Shown: one piece after another, positions 8,468-18,201 of the stretch
How the letters are laid out: the number at the start of each line of letters is the position of its first letter
Position numbering within the stretch: position 1 is the first letter of the stretch
Origin: a virus
Lineage: Duplodnaviria > Caudoviricetes
Length of the DNA: 50,084 nucleotides
Virus record (IMG/VR): IMGVR_UViG_3300032272_000019
Location: 1 to 50,084 of that record
Reading direction: 5' to 3' (one strand)
Notes under the pieces: model-generated
Told to the model about the DNA's origin: nothing
Database searches by the model: none
What the model saw: only the letters and a program-made list of their open reading frames with translations
Position numbers and translations under genes: made by a program

Positions 8468-10975
8468 ATGAACTATCAAGAATTTTTAAAATCCAAAACC
8501 CGACTGGCACCCTCGAGCGGGTTTGAGGTGTCGAAAGAAGACATCCATCCACTTCTGCACCGGCATCAGCCGGACATTGTGCAGTGGGCTTTGCGTGGGG
8601 GGTGTCGTGCGATCTTCGCGGCGTTTGGGTTGGGGAAAACTCTGATTCAATTGGAGATCTTGCGGCTCATTGAATCTTTGAAGTATGGGTGCTGGCCATG
8701 CCTGATTGTTTTGCCATTGGGGGTCAAGCAGGAATTTCAGATTGATGCGGTAAAACTCGGCATGGATGTGCGGTTCATTCGAAAGAATTCTGAGATCGAG
8801 AGAGAGCACCATTTTTATATCACCAACTATGAGTCGGTGCGTGACGGCAAGGTAGACCCGAATTTGTTTCAAGCTGCCAGCCTGGATGAGGCGTCGGTGT
8901 TGCGCTCTTATGGGTCGGAGACTTACCAGAAGTTCCTCACCTTGTTTGATCAGGTGCCTTATAAGTTTGTGGCGACTGCTACACCATCGCCAAACCGGTA
9001 TAAAGAACTGATTCACTATGCTGGCTTTCTCGGCATCATGGACACGGGGCAGGCCTTGACCCGGTTTTTCCAGCGCGATTCGACTCAAGCCAATAACCTG
9101 ACCCTATTGCCGAGTATGGAAGAGGAGTTCTGGTTGTGGTTGTCGAGCTGGGCGGTGTTCATTCAGAAACCTTCTGATCTCGGGTACTCGGACGAAGGGT
9201 ATGACCTGCCGGAGCTGGAGGTGGTGACTCATGAAGTGCCGAGCAATTATAAGCAGGACGATACGGAGAAAGACGGGCAGGGGAAAATGTTCCGTGACAC
9301 GTCGATGGGAGTGCAAGAGGCCTCGAAGGAAAAGGCCGACACTATCGATATCCGCATCTCCAAAATGAAAGAGATCATTGATCAGGATCCCGATGACCAC
9401 ATGATTCTGTGGCACGACCTTGAGGCAGAACGCCGGGCGATCAAGCGGGAGGTGCCGGATTGTGTTGAGGTGTACGGCGCTCTTGATTTGGAAAAGCGCG
9501 AGGAACGGATTATCGATTTCAGTAATGGCAAATTTAAATACCTCGGCACCAAGCCGGTGCTGTCTGGGTCGGGTTGCAACTTCCAGCGTCATTGTCATCG
9601 GGCGATCTTCCCGGGCATTGGATTCAAGTTTCACGACTTCATTCAGGCGGTCCACCGGATTCTCCGGTTCATGCAGAAACATCAATGCCGCATCGATATC
9701 ATCTACACCGAAGCCGAGCGCGGCACCTTTGACATGTTGATGCGCAAATGGGAAGAGCATAAAAAGCTGGTGGCGAATATGCAGGCGTTGTTGAAAGAAC
9801 ATGGCCTGAATTCTCTCGACGATGATATTGCCCTGACCCGATCTATCGGTGTCGAACGGCAGGAGGTGACGGGCAAGAACTGGAAAGCCGTGAACAACGA
9901 CTGTGTTGTGGAGTCGGAGTCGATGCAGGAAAACTCGGTCGGGTTGATCGTCACGTCCATTCCGTTCGCCAACCATTATGAGTATACGGAGAGTTATAAC
10001 GATTTTGGTCACACCACAAACAATGGCCATTTCTGGAAGCAAATGGATTTCCTCACCCCGCAGATGCTGAGAGTTCTGCAACCGGGCAGGATCTATGCCT
10101 GCCATGTGAAAGACCGGATTAATTTCGGCAGTGTGACGGGCAAGGGAGTGCCAACATCAAGCCCATTTCACGCTGAAGCTATTTTTCACGCCATGGAGCA
10201 TGGCTTCGACTATCTCGGAATGATCACGGTGGTGACCGATGTGGTGCGTGAGAACAACCAGACTTATCGGCTCGGGTGGAGTGAGCAATGCAAGGATGGC
10301 ACGAAGATGGGGGTCGGGTCGCCTGAATATATTTTGTTGTTCCGCAAGCCCCAGACCGATCGTTCTAAAGGATTTGCCGATGTGCCGGTGGTGAAGTCGA
10401 AAGAAGATTATAGCCGGTCACGCTGGCAGGTGGACGCGCATGCGTTGTGGCGGTCATCGGGGGATCGACGCTTGACGGTCGATGAGTTCGCCGCGTGTGG
10501 TCCGGGTAAACTCGCGACGTTGTTCACAGCCGAGAGCCTGAAGCATGTTTATAACTACGAAGATCACGTCCGCGTTGGAGAGTCATTAGACAGCCGCGGG
10601 GCTCTCCCCGCTTCGTTCATGTCGTTGGCGCCGGGTTCTCATCACCCAAAAGTGTGGACGGATGTCAACCGCATGTTGACGATGAACGGTGAGCAGACCA
10701 GGCGGGGCCTGAATAACCATGTTTGTCCCCTGCAGTTCGATATCGTTGACCGCTTGATCACCCGGTATTCGAATGAAGGCGATGTGGTATGTGATTTTTT
10801 TGCTGGATTGTACACGGTGCCCTGTCGGGCCGTGAAGTTAAAACGTGTCGGCTGGGGGGTCGAGTTGAATACCGGATATTGGAAAGACGGCGGCTGGTAC
10901 CTGCGGGCAGAAGAAGCCCAGGTCGATATGCCGACACTCTTTAAGCTGGACTCACTAGCCGTGGAGGCATCGTGA
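8468..10975 (+). CDS. SF2 (SNF2-like) helicase fused to N4/N6 DNA methyltransferase
   Basis: FGLGKT, LDEAS, TATP, QAVHRI.RF; then VTSIPF, HVCPLQ, DFFAGL, GVEL. Confidence 0.9.
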   Translation: MNYQEFLKSKTRLAPSSGFEVSKEDIHPLLHRHQPDIVQWALRGGCRAIFAAFGLGKTLIQLEILRLIESLKYGCWPCLIVLPLGVKQEFQIDAVKLGMDVRFIRKNSEIEREHHFYITNYESVRDGKVDPNLFQAASLDEASVLRSYGSETYQKFLTLFDQVPYKFVATATPSPNRYKELIHYAGFLGIMDTGQALTRFFQRDSTQANNLTLLPSMEEEFWLWLSSWAVFIQKPSDLGYSDEGYDLPELEVVTHEVPSNYKQDDTEKDGQGKMFRDTSMGVQEASKEKADTIDIRISKMKEIIDQDPDDHMILWHDLEAERRAIKREVPDCVEVYGALDLEKREERIIDFSNGKFKYLGTKPVLSGSGCNFQRHCHRAIFPGIGFKFHDFIQAVHRILRFMQKHQCRIDIIYTEAERGTFDMLMRKWEEHKKLVANMQALLKEHGLNSLDDDIALTRSIGVERQEVTGKNWKAVNNDCVVESESMQENSVGLIVTSIPFANHYEYTESYNDFGHTTNNGHFWKQMDFLTPQMLRVLQPGRIYACHVKDRINFGSVTGKGVPTSSPFHAEAIFHAMEHGFDYLGMITVVTDVVRENNQTYRLGWSEQCKDGTKMGVGSPEYILLFRKPQTDRSKGFADVPVVKSKEDYSRSRWQVDAHALWRSSGDRRLTVDEFAACGPGKLATLFTAESLKHVYNYEDHVRVGESLDSRGALPASFMSLAPGSHHPKVWTDVNRMLTMNGEQTRRGLNNHVCPLQFDIVDRLITRYSNEGDVVCDFFAGLYTVPCRAVKLKRVGWGVELNTGYWKDGGWYLRAEEAQVDMPTLFKLDSLAVEAS

Positions 10976-11286
10976 AAGAGATAACCATCGAAGAGGCCGA
11001 AAAAATATACGGGGGTCGGCTTGACAGGCGACGGCTTTATGCGACTACCGATGATGGCAAACCCTGCGAATCAACCGGCTATAAAATTTTTTCACTCGGG
11101 AAATTTACTCAGTCTTGCAGTGGATGTTTTGAGACGGGGGACTATATGTCTGGTGCTGAAAACTACCCTTACGATGAAAAGAACCATTGCTATATCGGGA
11201 GCGGGTGCGATGAGTGTGGTTATACAGGAAAACGCCGAAATGTCATGTGGCTACCGCATTCTCAAAAAATGAAGGGGGGTGTATGA
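10972..11286 (+). CDS. Hypothetical protein with CxxC pairs
   Basis: CSGC...GCDECGYTGK. Confidence 0.6.
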   Translation: MKEITIEEAEKIYGGRLDRRRLYATTDDGKPCESTGYKIFSLGKFTQSCSGCFETGDYMSGAENYPYDEKNHCYIGSGCDECGYTGKRRNVMWLPHSQKMKGGV

Positions 11287-11495
11287 AGATATTTGATTAT
11301 CTTAATGGCAAAGACGTGTACGTGGAATATGAAAAAGGGAGGCTAGATGGCCTCCATGTGGTCGGGACTTGCAACCTGCATCACCCCTGCAAATCATTCA
11401 AGCAAGGCTTGTGCAATAACGAAAAATCAGACTTCCACGCACAGGATCAAATTTTTCCGCACGACAGTTGCAAACTTTGGGAGCCAAAAGAATGA
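11283..11495 (+). CDS. Hypothetical protein
   Basis: ATGA overlaps on both sides. Confidence 0.55.
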   Translation: MKIFDYLNGKDVYVEYEKGRLDGLHVVGTCNLHHPCKSFKQGLCNNEKSDFHAQDQIFPHDSCKLWEPKE

Positions 11496-11935
11496 GAGAA
11501 ATTAAGTTCAGGGCGTGGATTCCTGACATAAAAAGAATCTATCAGGTCATGAGTGTGGAGGTTGAGCCTCAAGATGGTCGGCAAAAATACATAATAGTGT
11601 GGGAGCATCCCTGCGTTAAGTCAGCAATTATAAAGCGCAAAGTTGGGAAGTTTCGCCTTGGCGATGGAGTAGTGCTATTGGAATACACTGGCCTCAAGGA
11701 CAAGAAGGGTAAGGAAATTTATGAGGGGCATGTATTAAGTATCCCGCTTGTTAAAAGCACATCAAAGCCGATGATGAGTACAAGAGTTGTTTCTTTTGTT
11801 GATGGGTTTTTTGGAACCGTCCATGAGCATGGCGGGCACACATATAAAACCGCATTAACAAGTTACGCCTTTTTTGATGAAGTGGAAATCATCGGCTACG
11901 AGTACGAGAACCCGGAGTTATTGGAGGTGACTTAA
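11492..11935 (+). CDS. yopX: YopX family protein
   Basis: MREIKFRAW, YTGLKDK.GKEIYEG, EIIG..YENPELLE. Confidence 0.9.
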   Translation: MREIKFRAWIPDIKRIYQVMSVEVEPQDGRQKYIIVWEHPCVKSAIIKRKVGKFRLGDGVVLLEYTGLKDKKGKEIYEGHVLSIPLVKSTSKPMMSTRVVSFVDGFFGTVHEHGGHTYKTALTSYAFFDEVEIIGYEYENPELLEVT

Positions 11936-11937
11936 TC

Positions 11938-12171
11938 ATGAAAACACGTTTTGAAATGCTAGAAGTTGCTGAAAAGTTTATAAAAGAACAAGCTGCGGTT
12001 AATAGCACTGTTCGCGCCTTCTTCACAATTGCCGAAAAATATGGTTTAGGCCGATGTGAACGTAATACCCTTATGTGTGAACAACTTATTAAAGATAACC
12101 AGAGGTTGTCTGAGTTGGCTGTGAAGTTGAAGGCTAATCAAATGGTTTTCCCAATAATCAAAGAGGGCTGA
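11938..12171 (+). CDS. Hypothetical protein
   Basis: GGAGG RBS; operon position. Confidence 0.55.
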   Translation: MKTRFEMLEVAEKFIKEQAAVNSTVRAFFTIAEKYGLGRCERNTLMCEQLIKDNQRLSELAVKLKANQMVFPIIKEG

Positions 12172-12827
12172 TGATGAGACTGCTGATTTTAATTTTTCTG
12201 TTTACTCTGAGCACCCCAGCCCATGCAGGGCAGGTGATACCTGGTCCGGTACTGGCCGATGTAGGTGAGGTGCTCGATGGAGACACGATAGACGTTAGTG
12301 TTTCACCGGCGCTTCATAAAAAGCAAGTGGGTGATGCTATCTGGGTGTATTTAACTCTTAAAAAAATTGCTGACCGTAAAACATTTAAAGGAGAGACAAA
12401 AAAGTCTCTCATTGCCGAGAAACTCGCGATTACAAAACGCACCGTGCAGCGCCATTTTAAAGTATTGCGTGACAAAGGCTATATTTCGACCCGTCAAATT
12501 AAACACGGTTTTGAGTTCGAGATACTAAAGCCGGTTGACCTGACCGTCCATTACCGGATCCGCATTGTGGGGGTGAACACGCCGGAAACGAGAACAAAGT
12601 GCATCCCTGAAAAAACAGCGGGGCTGGCCGCGAAGGAATTCCTTAAACAGCAGTTGCAGGGTAAACAGGTTTATTTGATGGATATTCAGGATCTGAAGTT
12701 CGCCGGTCGCAAGGGTGCCCGTGTTTACATTGCTGGTACTCATATCGACCTGACCGACCTGATTATAAAAGCCGGTCACGGCACCTTATACGCTGGTGGC
12801 CCGCGCAGTGGCTGGTGTGACCAATAA
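12171..12827 (+). CDS. Signal-peptide thermonuclease (SNase) with inserted winged-HTH domain
   Basis: AHA signal site; VLDGDTI, RIRIVGVNTPE, KFAGR; HTH-like insert 12306-12533. Confidence 0.75.
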   Translation: MMRLLILIFLFTLSTPAHAGQVIPGPVLADVGEVLDGDTIDVSVSPALHKKQVGDAIWVYLTLKKIADRKTFKGETKKSLIAEKLAITKRTVQRHFKVLRDKGYISTRQIKHGFEFEILKPVDLTVHYRIRIVGVNTPETRTKCIPEKTAGLAAKEFLKQQLQGKQVYLMDIQDLKFAGRKGARVYIAGTHIDLTDLIIKAGHGTLYAGGPRSGWCDQ

Positions 12828-12833
12828 AAGAGA

Positions 12834-13187
12834 ATGATGAATAAAAACAACTCACAGGTCGTTGAGAACACTGATTCCGTAGTTATAGATGAGCCGGAGC
12901 ATTATGAAGCCGTGGAATGGGAAACGGTGAATGATGTTATGAAGCGTACTAAGCTATGCCGCAAACTCATCTATGCTGAGATAGAGGCCGAACGACTGTC
13001 TGCGCATAAAAAAGGAAAGAAATGGTTGATGAATCCTGTAGATGTTGATACTTGGATATATTCTCAAAAAATGACAGAGGAAGAACGTGACCAAATGGAC
13101 GATATCGCTAAGAAATTAATTGGTAAATCCCAATTAAAAAGGCATAATTCGGTCAGGGAAACTCGTTCCGGTCATGGACAGGAGTAG
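12834..13187 (+). CDS. Excisionase-like HTH protein
   Basis: TVNDVMKRTKLCRKLIYAEI...L.A.K.GKKW; directly upstream of integrase. Confidence 0.7.
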   Translation: MMNKNNSQVVENTDSVVIDEPEHYEAVEWETVNDVMKRTKLCRKLIYAEIEAERLSAHKKGKKWLMNPVDVDTWIYSQKMTEEERDQMDDIAKKLIGKSQLKRHNSVRETRSGHGQE

Positions 13188-13189
13188 AT

Positions 13190-14311
13190 ATGTACAATCG
13201 TGACGGGAAATGGTGGACAAAAATCACTCGCCCTATGAAGGACGGGAAGAAACAAAAGCCGCTTTATTTTAACCTGAGCAATTCAGGTCTCACCAAAAAG
13301 TCCGACCTGCTGAACCTCGAGAAGAAACTTAAAGCGGAAAACCGGCCCGGGGGGTTGCTCTTTGACAACCGAATAAAAGATGAGTGTTTGACGGTTAGTG
13401 GGATGTTCGATCTGTTCTTCGAAAACTCTTATGCTAAAGCGGCAAAGGGAAAGAAGCTGGTTTCAACTGTTGAAGGCGAGAAAGACCAGGTCTCTGACCT
13501 TCTGGATGATCTGGGTGATTTGCTTTTACCGGATGTGACCGCTGGAGTTTTAGAGGACCGGATGGCGAGAAGGTTGTCGCAGCGGTCACATGTTACCGTT
13601 GGTCATGAGATGGCATTAATGCGCCGGGCGTTCAAGTATTTGCGGGAAGTTTTGGAGATCACCAACCTGAATCCGTTCAGGAATATTGAGATCCCATCGA
13701 GAGATAATCCCCGCGACTGTTTCCTTTTTGAGGGGCAGGCCCGTGCTTTATTGAATGCGTATAAACGATCTCAATGGCCTTGGTTGCATGATCTGGCCAT
13801 CGTTGCCAGAGAGACCGGGTTCAGACGATCGACTCTTTGCAAGCTTAAACCTCACCACCTGGATTTCAAAGAGCGGGCGATTTATATCCGCCGCGATGAG
13901 ATCAAAAACAAGAGGTCGATATACAAACCCATGTCCCCAAAGGTTTATAAAATCTTAAAGGGGTTGATGGGTGAAAAGGTTGTTGGCTTGGATTATGTTT
14001 TTAAGGTGGGAGGCAAACCTATCAATCCGAACTTCATAACCCAGAGTCATCTGGCGGTCAGGAGGGAGCTGGCTGCGAGAGTTCCACGCTGGGCCGAAGT
14101 TTACAACCGGTTTGTCTTTCATGGCTGGAGGCATCAGCACAGTTCGGATCTGGCTCAGTCTGGCGCAGATCTTCAGGACATTGCAGAGGCGAATGGTCAG
14201 AGTGATTTGAGCACGGCTAAGAACTACACCCACTTGCAGATCGCTCGGAAGCGTGACGTAATCAACCAGGCTTTTGGCGAAGATGGCTACAAAGTGGCTA
14301 CAGAGCAATAA
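13190..14311 (+). CDS. int: Tyrosine integrase
   Basis: TGFRRSTL, KNK, FHGWRH, NYTH catalytic motifs. Confidence 0.92.
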   Translation: MYNRDGKWWTKITRPMKDGKKQKPLYFNLSNSGLTKKSDLLNLEKKLKAENRPGGLLFDNRIKDECLTVSGMFDLFFENSYAKAAKGKKLVSTVEGEKDQVSDLLDDLGDLLLPDVTAGVLEDRMARRLSQRSHVTVGHEMALMRRAFKYLREVLEITNLNPFRNIEIPSRDNPRDCFLFEGQARALLNAYKRSQWPWLHDLAIVARETGFRRSTLCKLKPHHLDFKERAIYIRRDEIKNKRSIYKPMSPKVYKILKGLMGEKVVGLDYVFKVGGKPINPNFITQSHLAVRRELAARVPRWAEVYNRFVFHGWRHQHSSDLAQSGADLQDIAEANGQSDLSTAKNYTHLQIARKRDVINQAFGEDGYKVATEQ

Positions 14312-14569
14312 ATAATATCATGTCAAAACACCCACAACTCCTTGTATTCAAATGGTCGGGATGGGGAGATTTGAACTCCCGACCCCTTGACCCCCAGTCG
14401 ATTAAAATCAATTCCGACTATTCTTGGGGCAAGCCTTTAAATATCACTAAACATTTGATTTGGAATGAGTTTCCCTGTTTTCAGACAAGGGGTGATGTGG
14501 GTCTGATTCTGCCTGTATTGGGCAGTTTTGGGTTGTTTTGGGTTGTTATGGCTACAAATTGGCTACAAA
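14284..14569. promoter_or_regulatory. attP region with Int arm-type direct repeats TGGCTACAAA
   Basis: Tandem pairs at 14284/14295 and 14549/14560 flank the tRNA-derived core; GTTTTGGGTT tandem at 14525-14544. Confidence 0.8.
14353..14399 (-). other. attP core: 3' half of tRNA-Pro(GGG)
   Basis: Reverse complement GACTGGGGGTCAAGGGGTCGGGAGTTCAAATCTCCCCATCCCGACCA: anticodon loop, T arm, CCA; 5' half absent. Confidence 0.88.
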
Positions 14570-14591
14570 TATCTTATCTCGAGGTTTCATC

Positions 14592-15194
14592 GTGAGAAAG
14601 AAAAAGCTTGGAGATTGTGAAGTTCGCAAGGTTAAGCTGAGTTCATTAAAACCTGCCGAGTATAACCCTCGAAACATTACCGACGATGCAAAGACTGGAT
14701 TAAAGGCCAGTATTGAAAGGTTCGGGGTTGTTCAGCCCATCATATGGAATGAGCAGACAGGGAACATCGTTGGCGGTCACCAACGATTCTATCTCCTCAA
14801 GGAAAAGAAGGTTAAACAGACCCAGGTTGTTGTCGTTGATCTTGATCAGGCGGAAGAAGTCCAGCTCAACTTGACGCTGAACAATACAAACAATGCTGGG
14901 TATTTCACAAATGAACTGCTCGACCTTCTGCAAGCCACCGAAGAGAACGACCCCAATGCCTACGATGCCTTGTGCATGGATGGTCTTAGAGATTTATTAC
15001 CCGCCCAACCTAAACAACCTGATTCAGATGTCAAGACAACAGGCACCAGTGAGCAGGTTGAGTTCGTCATGGGCGACCTAAAGTTCTCAGTGTCCATCGG
15101 TAAGTACAATGACTGGCTTGCTCAGTTAAGGCAGGAGGTGGGAGAGACTGACCGCGCAGTCATCACCATGGCAAAGGCGAGGCTCAGGCTATGA
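14592..15194 (+). CDS. ParB N-terminal domain protein
   Basis: LKPAEYNPR, SIERFGVVQPIIWN, IVGGHQR. Confidence 0.85.
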   Translation: MRKKKLGDCEVRKVKLSSLKPAEYNPRNITDDAKTGLKASIERFGVVQPIIWNEQTGNIVGGHQRFYLLKEKKVKQTQVVVVDLDQAEEVQLNLTLNNTNNAGYFTNELLDLLQATEENDPNAYDALCMDGLRDLLPAQPKQPDSDVKTTGTSEQVEFVMGDLKFSVSIGKYNDWLAQLRQEVGETDRAVITMAKARLRL

Positions 15195-15260
15195 AAAGGT
15201 ACTGTGAGCGCGGAACGTGTATACGGGTACGCAAGGCGCGAAAGCGCGCTAGTTGTGAAT
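15195..15260. other. Candidate cos/packaging site
   Basis: GC-rich GCGCG-AAAG-CGCGC segment in non-coding DNA upstream of the small terminase; mostly positional inference. Confidence 0.3.
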
Positions 15261-15403
15261 TTTCAAAAAATGGATTTCGTTTCGGTTTGGCAACCGGGCA
15301 CGATGTTTAGTTGTTGGTAACTCTTAAAATGAATTCTTTAACTTGATAAATGGTTTAAGTATTTGAAAGGAAAAATAAAAATGAGCAGAAAGGACTGGAA
15401 GCC

Positions 15404-15613
15404 ATGCAATTGAAAACTAAAAATTTTACTAGGTTACTGGAGCACCAGCGCAGAAAAATTAGCGAAATGGCCCAGGGTGGTGAGTTGAAGATTTTCAGCA
15501 AAGAACGGATGCAGCTACAGTTTTCAGATACGGGTGGAAATCCTCCAGGTTATGACAGTTTTATTCGAGAACAACTCAGGTCAATTGCGGGCGCGTTTGG
15601 TCCAAAAAAATAA
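15404..15613 (+). CDS. Hypothetical protein
   Basis: ORF only. Confidence 0.4.
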   Translation: MQLKTKNFTRLLEHQRRKISEMAQGGELKIFSKERMQLQFSDTGGNPPGYDSFIREQLRSIAGAFGPKK

Positions 15614-15644
15614 TGGTGGGAATGTGGGATGTTGATAAAGGGTT

Positions 15645-16277
15645 ATGGCTACGAAAAAAAAGGCGGTAAAGAAAAAGGTTGTCAAGAAAACCGCCGTGAA
15701 AAAGAAGGCCGCGAAAAAGGTCGTCAAAAAGAAGGTTGTTAAAGCCAAAGCCCAGCCCAAAAAAACCGAGGTGCCCGAACCGACACCACCGCCAAAGCCT
15801 GCGGTTAATTTAAAACGGCCGTTGCTCCCTGTGGGTTTTATTGCTACTGCTTTGAACCTGACTGATCGCCGGGTTCAACAACTGGCCAGTGAAGGGATCA
15901 TCCCGAAAGCGGAGCGGGGGAAATATGACTTGATCCCAACGGTTCAGGCCTATGTCAAATATCTTCAGGAACAAAACCTCGGGCAAACCGGTGGCAGTGA
16001 AAAGATCAAAAACTATAAAGAGGAGCTGCAGAGGTTGAAGGTTGAGGGGATGCAACTCGACATCGATGAGAAAAAAAAGATCCTTGTCCCGGTCGAGGGA
16101 GTGAAAGAACTGCTCAGTCGCATGGTGGTGATGACAAAAACCAAAATGCAGGAAATCCCTGCAAGACTTTCACCGGTACTGTTAAACAAAAAAACGGTGG
16201 CGGAAGTTCACACGTTATTGAAAACCAATATCCAAAGAGCTTTAAACGAATTGAAAAATGATATCGGCGACACTTGA
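15645..16277 (+). CDS. terS: Terminase small subunit (Nu1-like) with Lys-rich N-terminal tail
   Basis: IATALNLTDRRVQQL..EGIIP..ERGKYDL..TVQAY wHTH; upstream of large subunit. Confidence 0.85.
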   Translation: MATKKKAVKKKVVKKTAVKKKAAKKVVKKKVVKAKAQPKKTEVPEPTPPPKPAVNLKRPLLPVGFIATALNLTDRRVQQLASEGIIPKAERGKYDLIPTVQAYVKYLQEQNLGQTGGSEKIKNYKEELQRLKVEGMQLDIDEKKKILVPVEGVKELLSRMVVMTKTKMQEIPARLSPVLLNKKTVAEVHTLLKTNIQRALNELKNDIGDT

Positions 16278-18201
16278 AGAATTGGAAGCTGAATATCCCG
16301 CCCTGATGGAAGCCCGGCTGAGAATCGCCGATCTCTTTGAGGTGCCACCGGATATCCCCACCTCGCAATATGCTGAAGAAAATGTCGTTCTGACTTCCGA
16401 GTCTTCAGCCGAAGTCGGACCCTGGAGCAATTCGCGTACACCGTTCCTAGTCGAGATCATGGACAGCATGTCGGATCCGACCGTGCGCCAGATCACTCTG
16501 ATGTTCAACTCGCAAAACGGCAAGACCTCCTCATTTTTAAATTCCCTGCAACGCGATATCGATTTAGAACCCGGCCCTTTCATGTACGTGATGCCGACAC
16601 TCGCGCTGGCGAAAGCATTCTCCAAAGAACGACTGGAAACGATGCTTCGCACTGCGACAAACCTGATCGGGAAAATTAATAATTCGAAAAGCCGGGATGG
16701 TGCGAACGAGATCCTGCACAAGAAATTCCTCGGCGGGTACCTGGTGCTGGGCGGGGCGAATTCGCCATCCTTCCTGACCTACCGTTCAGCAAAAAAAGCC
16801 TATCTCGATGAGGTTGATAAATATGGAATGCGCGGCGGGTTCAGCGGTCAGGAGGTCATCGCTAAAATCAAAAAGCGGTTGGGGACGTTTTTGCTGTCCC
16901 AACTTGTTATAGCAAGTACTCCGGAAATCGAAGGCCTGTCGGCGATCACTGAAGAGTATGAGAAATCCAACAAAGGCAAGTTTCATTTGCCATGTGTTCA
17001 TTGTGGGGTGATGGACTGGTTGAAGTTCCGCACGAATTTGAGATGGGAAGAAGGCAAGCCCTGGACCGCAAAATATTATTGTGACTCGTGCAGCAAGTTG
17101 ATCGACCATGTTGAAAAAACATGGATGATGGACAACGGCAAATGGATCTATGAAAAACCGCATATCACGGAGCATAAAGGATTCTGGTTGAATGAGATGT
17201 GGAGTCCGTGGGTCACCTGGGGCCAGATGGCAACGGAGTTTGAAAAAGTGAAAACAGATCCCGAAAAGTTGAAAGTCTTCGTCAATGAATCGCTGGCCGA
17301 GCCGTGGAAAATTAAAGGTGAGGCTCCGGACTGGGAACGGCTTTATGAGCGGCGGGAAGATTATAAAATCGGCATCGTTCCCAATGATGCGACTCTGCTG
17401 GTTGCCGGGGCCGATGTGCAAAAGGATCGCATCGAGGTCGAGATCGTTGCTTACGGTAAAAATCTGGTGAGTTGGTCGGTGGAATATCTGGTGATCTACA
17501 CGGGCCCAACGGATGACAATTTCAAAACAGAACTCGACGCACTGATGAATCGGACCTGGAACCACGAGTCAGGTACCAAGATGTCGTTGCAGGGGTTTGC
17601 CATTGATGCCGGTTATGAGCAGAACGAGGTTTGCGGCTGGGCGCGGGAGTGGAGACACGACAGCCGGGTCATGGCCATCCGGGGTGTGGACCGTCTCTGG
17701 CAGTACATTGGACAACCTAAAAAGGTCGATCTCGATTTTGGCGGCAAGCCGATGAAGTCAGCCTGCAAACTCTGGCCGGTCGGCGTCTCGAAAATGAAGG
17801 AAGAACTTTACCGCTTCCTCCAGCAGAAGGGCCCGAAGGATGGAGACCCAGATCCACGCGGTTATTGTCATTTCCCCAGATACGATGAGAATTATTTCAA
17901 GGGCTTGACGGCAGAACAACTCATCACCCGCAAGGTCAAGGGCTACCCGAAAACCGAATGGGAGAAGATTTTTACCCGCAATGAACCGCTCGATTGCCGC
18001 AACTACGCACGGGCCGCCGCCTTCCGGCTGGGGATGGATCGCTGGGACGATGCTCGCTGGGATGAATGGCGCCGAGAAGTGGGCATTATGACCCTTGAAA
18101 AAAATTTGGAATCAGATGTTGATTATTCCAGCAAATCTGATAATATTCGAGAAGGTTCGAAACCGAGACGGACGCATAGCAAGCATGTGACAGGTCAATG
18201 A
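16258..18201 (+). CDS. terL: Terminase large subunit (lambda gpA family)
   Basis: SQNGKT, LDEVDKY, ASTP, AGADVQKDRIE, RNEPLDCRNYA. Confidence 0.95.
   Translation: MISATLEELEAEYPALMEARLRIADLFEVPPDIPTSQYAEENVVLTSESSAEVGPWSNSRTPFLVEIMDSMSDPTVRQITLMFNSQNGKTSSFLNSLQRDIDLEPGPFMYVMPTLALAKAFSKERLETMLRTATNLIGKINNSKSRDGANEILHKKFLGGYLVLGGANSPSFLTYRSAKKAYLDEVDKYGMRGGFSGQEVIAKIKKRLGTFLLSQLVIASTPEIEGLSAITEEYEKSNKGKFHLPCVHCGVMDWLKFRTNLRWEEGKPWTAKYYCDSCSKLIDHVEKTWMMDNGKWIYEKPHITEHKGFWLNEMWSPWVTWGQMATEFEKVKTDPEKLKVFVNESLAEPWKIKGEAPDWERLYERREDYKIGIVPNDATLLVAGADVQKDRIEVEIVAYGKNLVSWSVEYLVIYTGPTDDNFKTELDALMNRTWNHESGTKMSLQGFAIDAGYEQNEVCGWAREWRHDSRVMAIRGVDRLWQYIGQPKKVDLDFGGKPMKSACKLWPVGVSKMKEELYRFLQQKGPKDGDPDPRGYCHFPRYDENYFKGLTAEQLITRKVKGYPKTEWEKIFTRNEPLDCRNYARAAAFRLGMDRWDDARWDEWRREVGIMTLEKNLESDVDYSSKSDNIREGSKPRRTHSKHVTGQ

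Noticed and set aside
8486-10105. Long reverse ORFs (8486-9088, 9104-10105) and similar ones (16786-17565, 29410-30099, 47019-47531, 49259-49879)
   Set aside because: Antisense shadows of well-supported + strand genes with no recognisable motifs
14353-14399. Functional tRNA-Pro gene
   Set aside because: Only anticodon loop to CCA is present; 5' acceptor strand and D arm are missing, so it is an attP core
14320-14595. 91-aa ORF
   Set aside because: Translation of attP/tRNA sequence (WSGWGDLNSRPLDPQS is an antisense-tRNA artefact)
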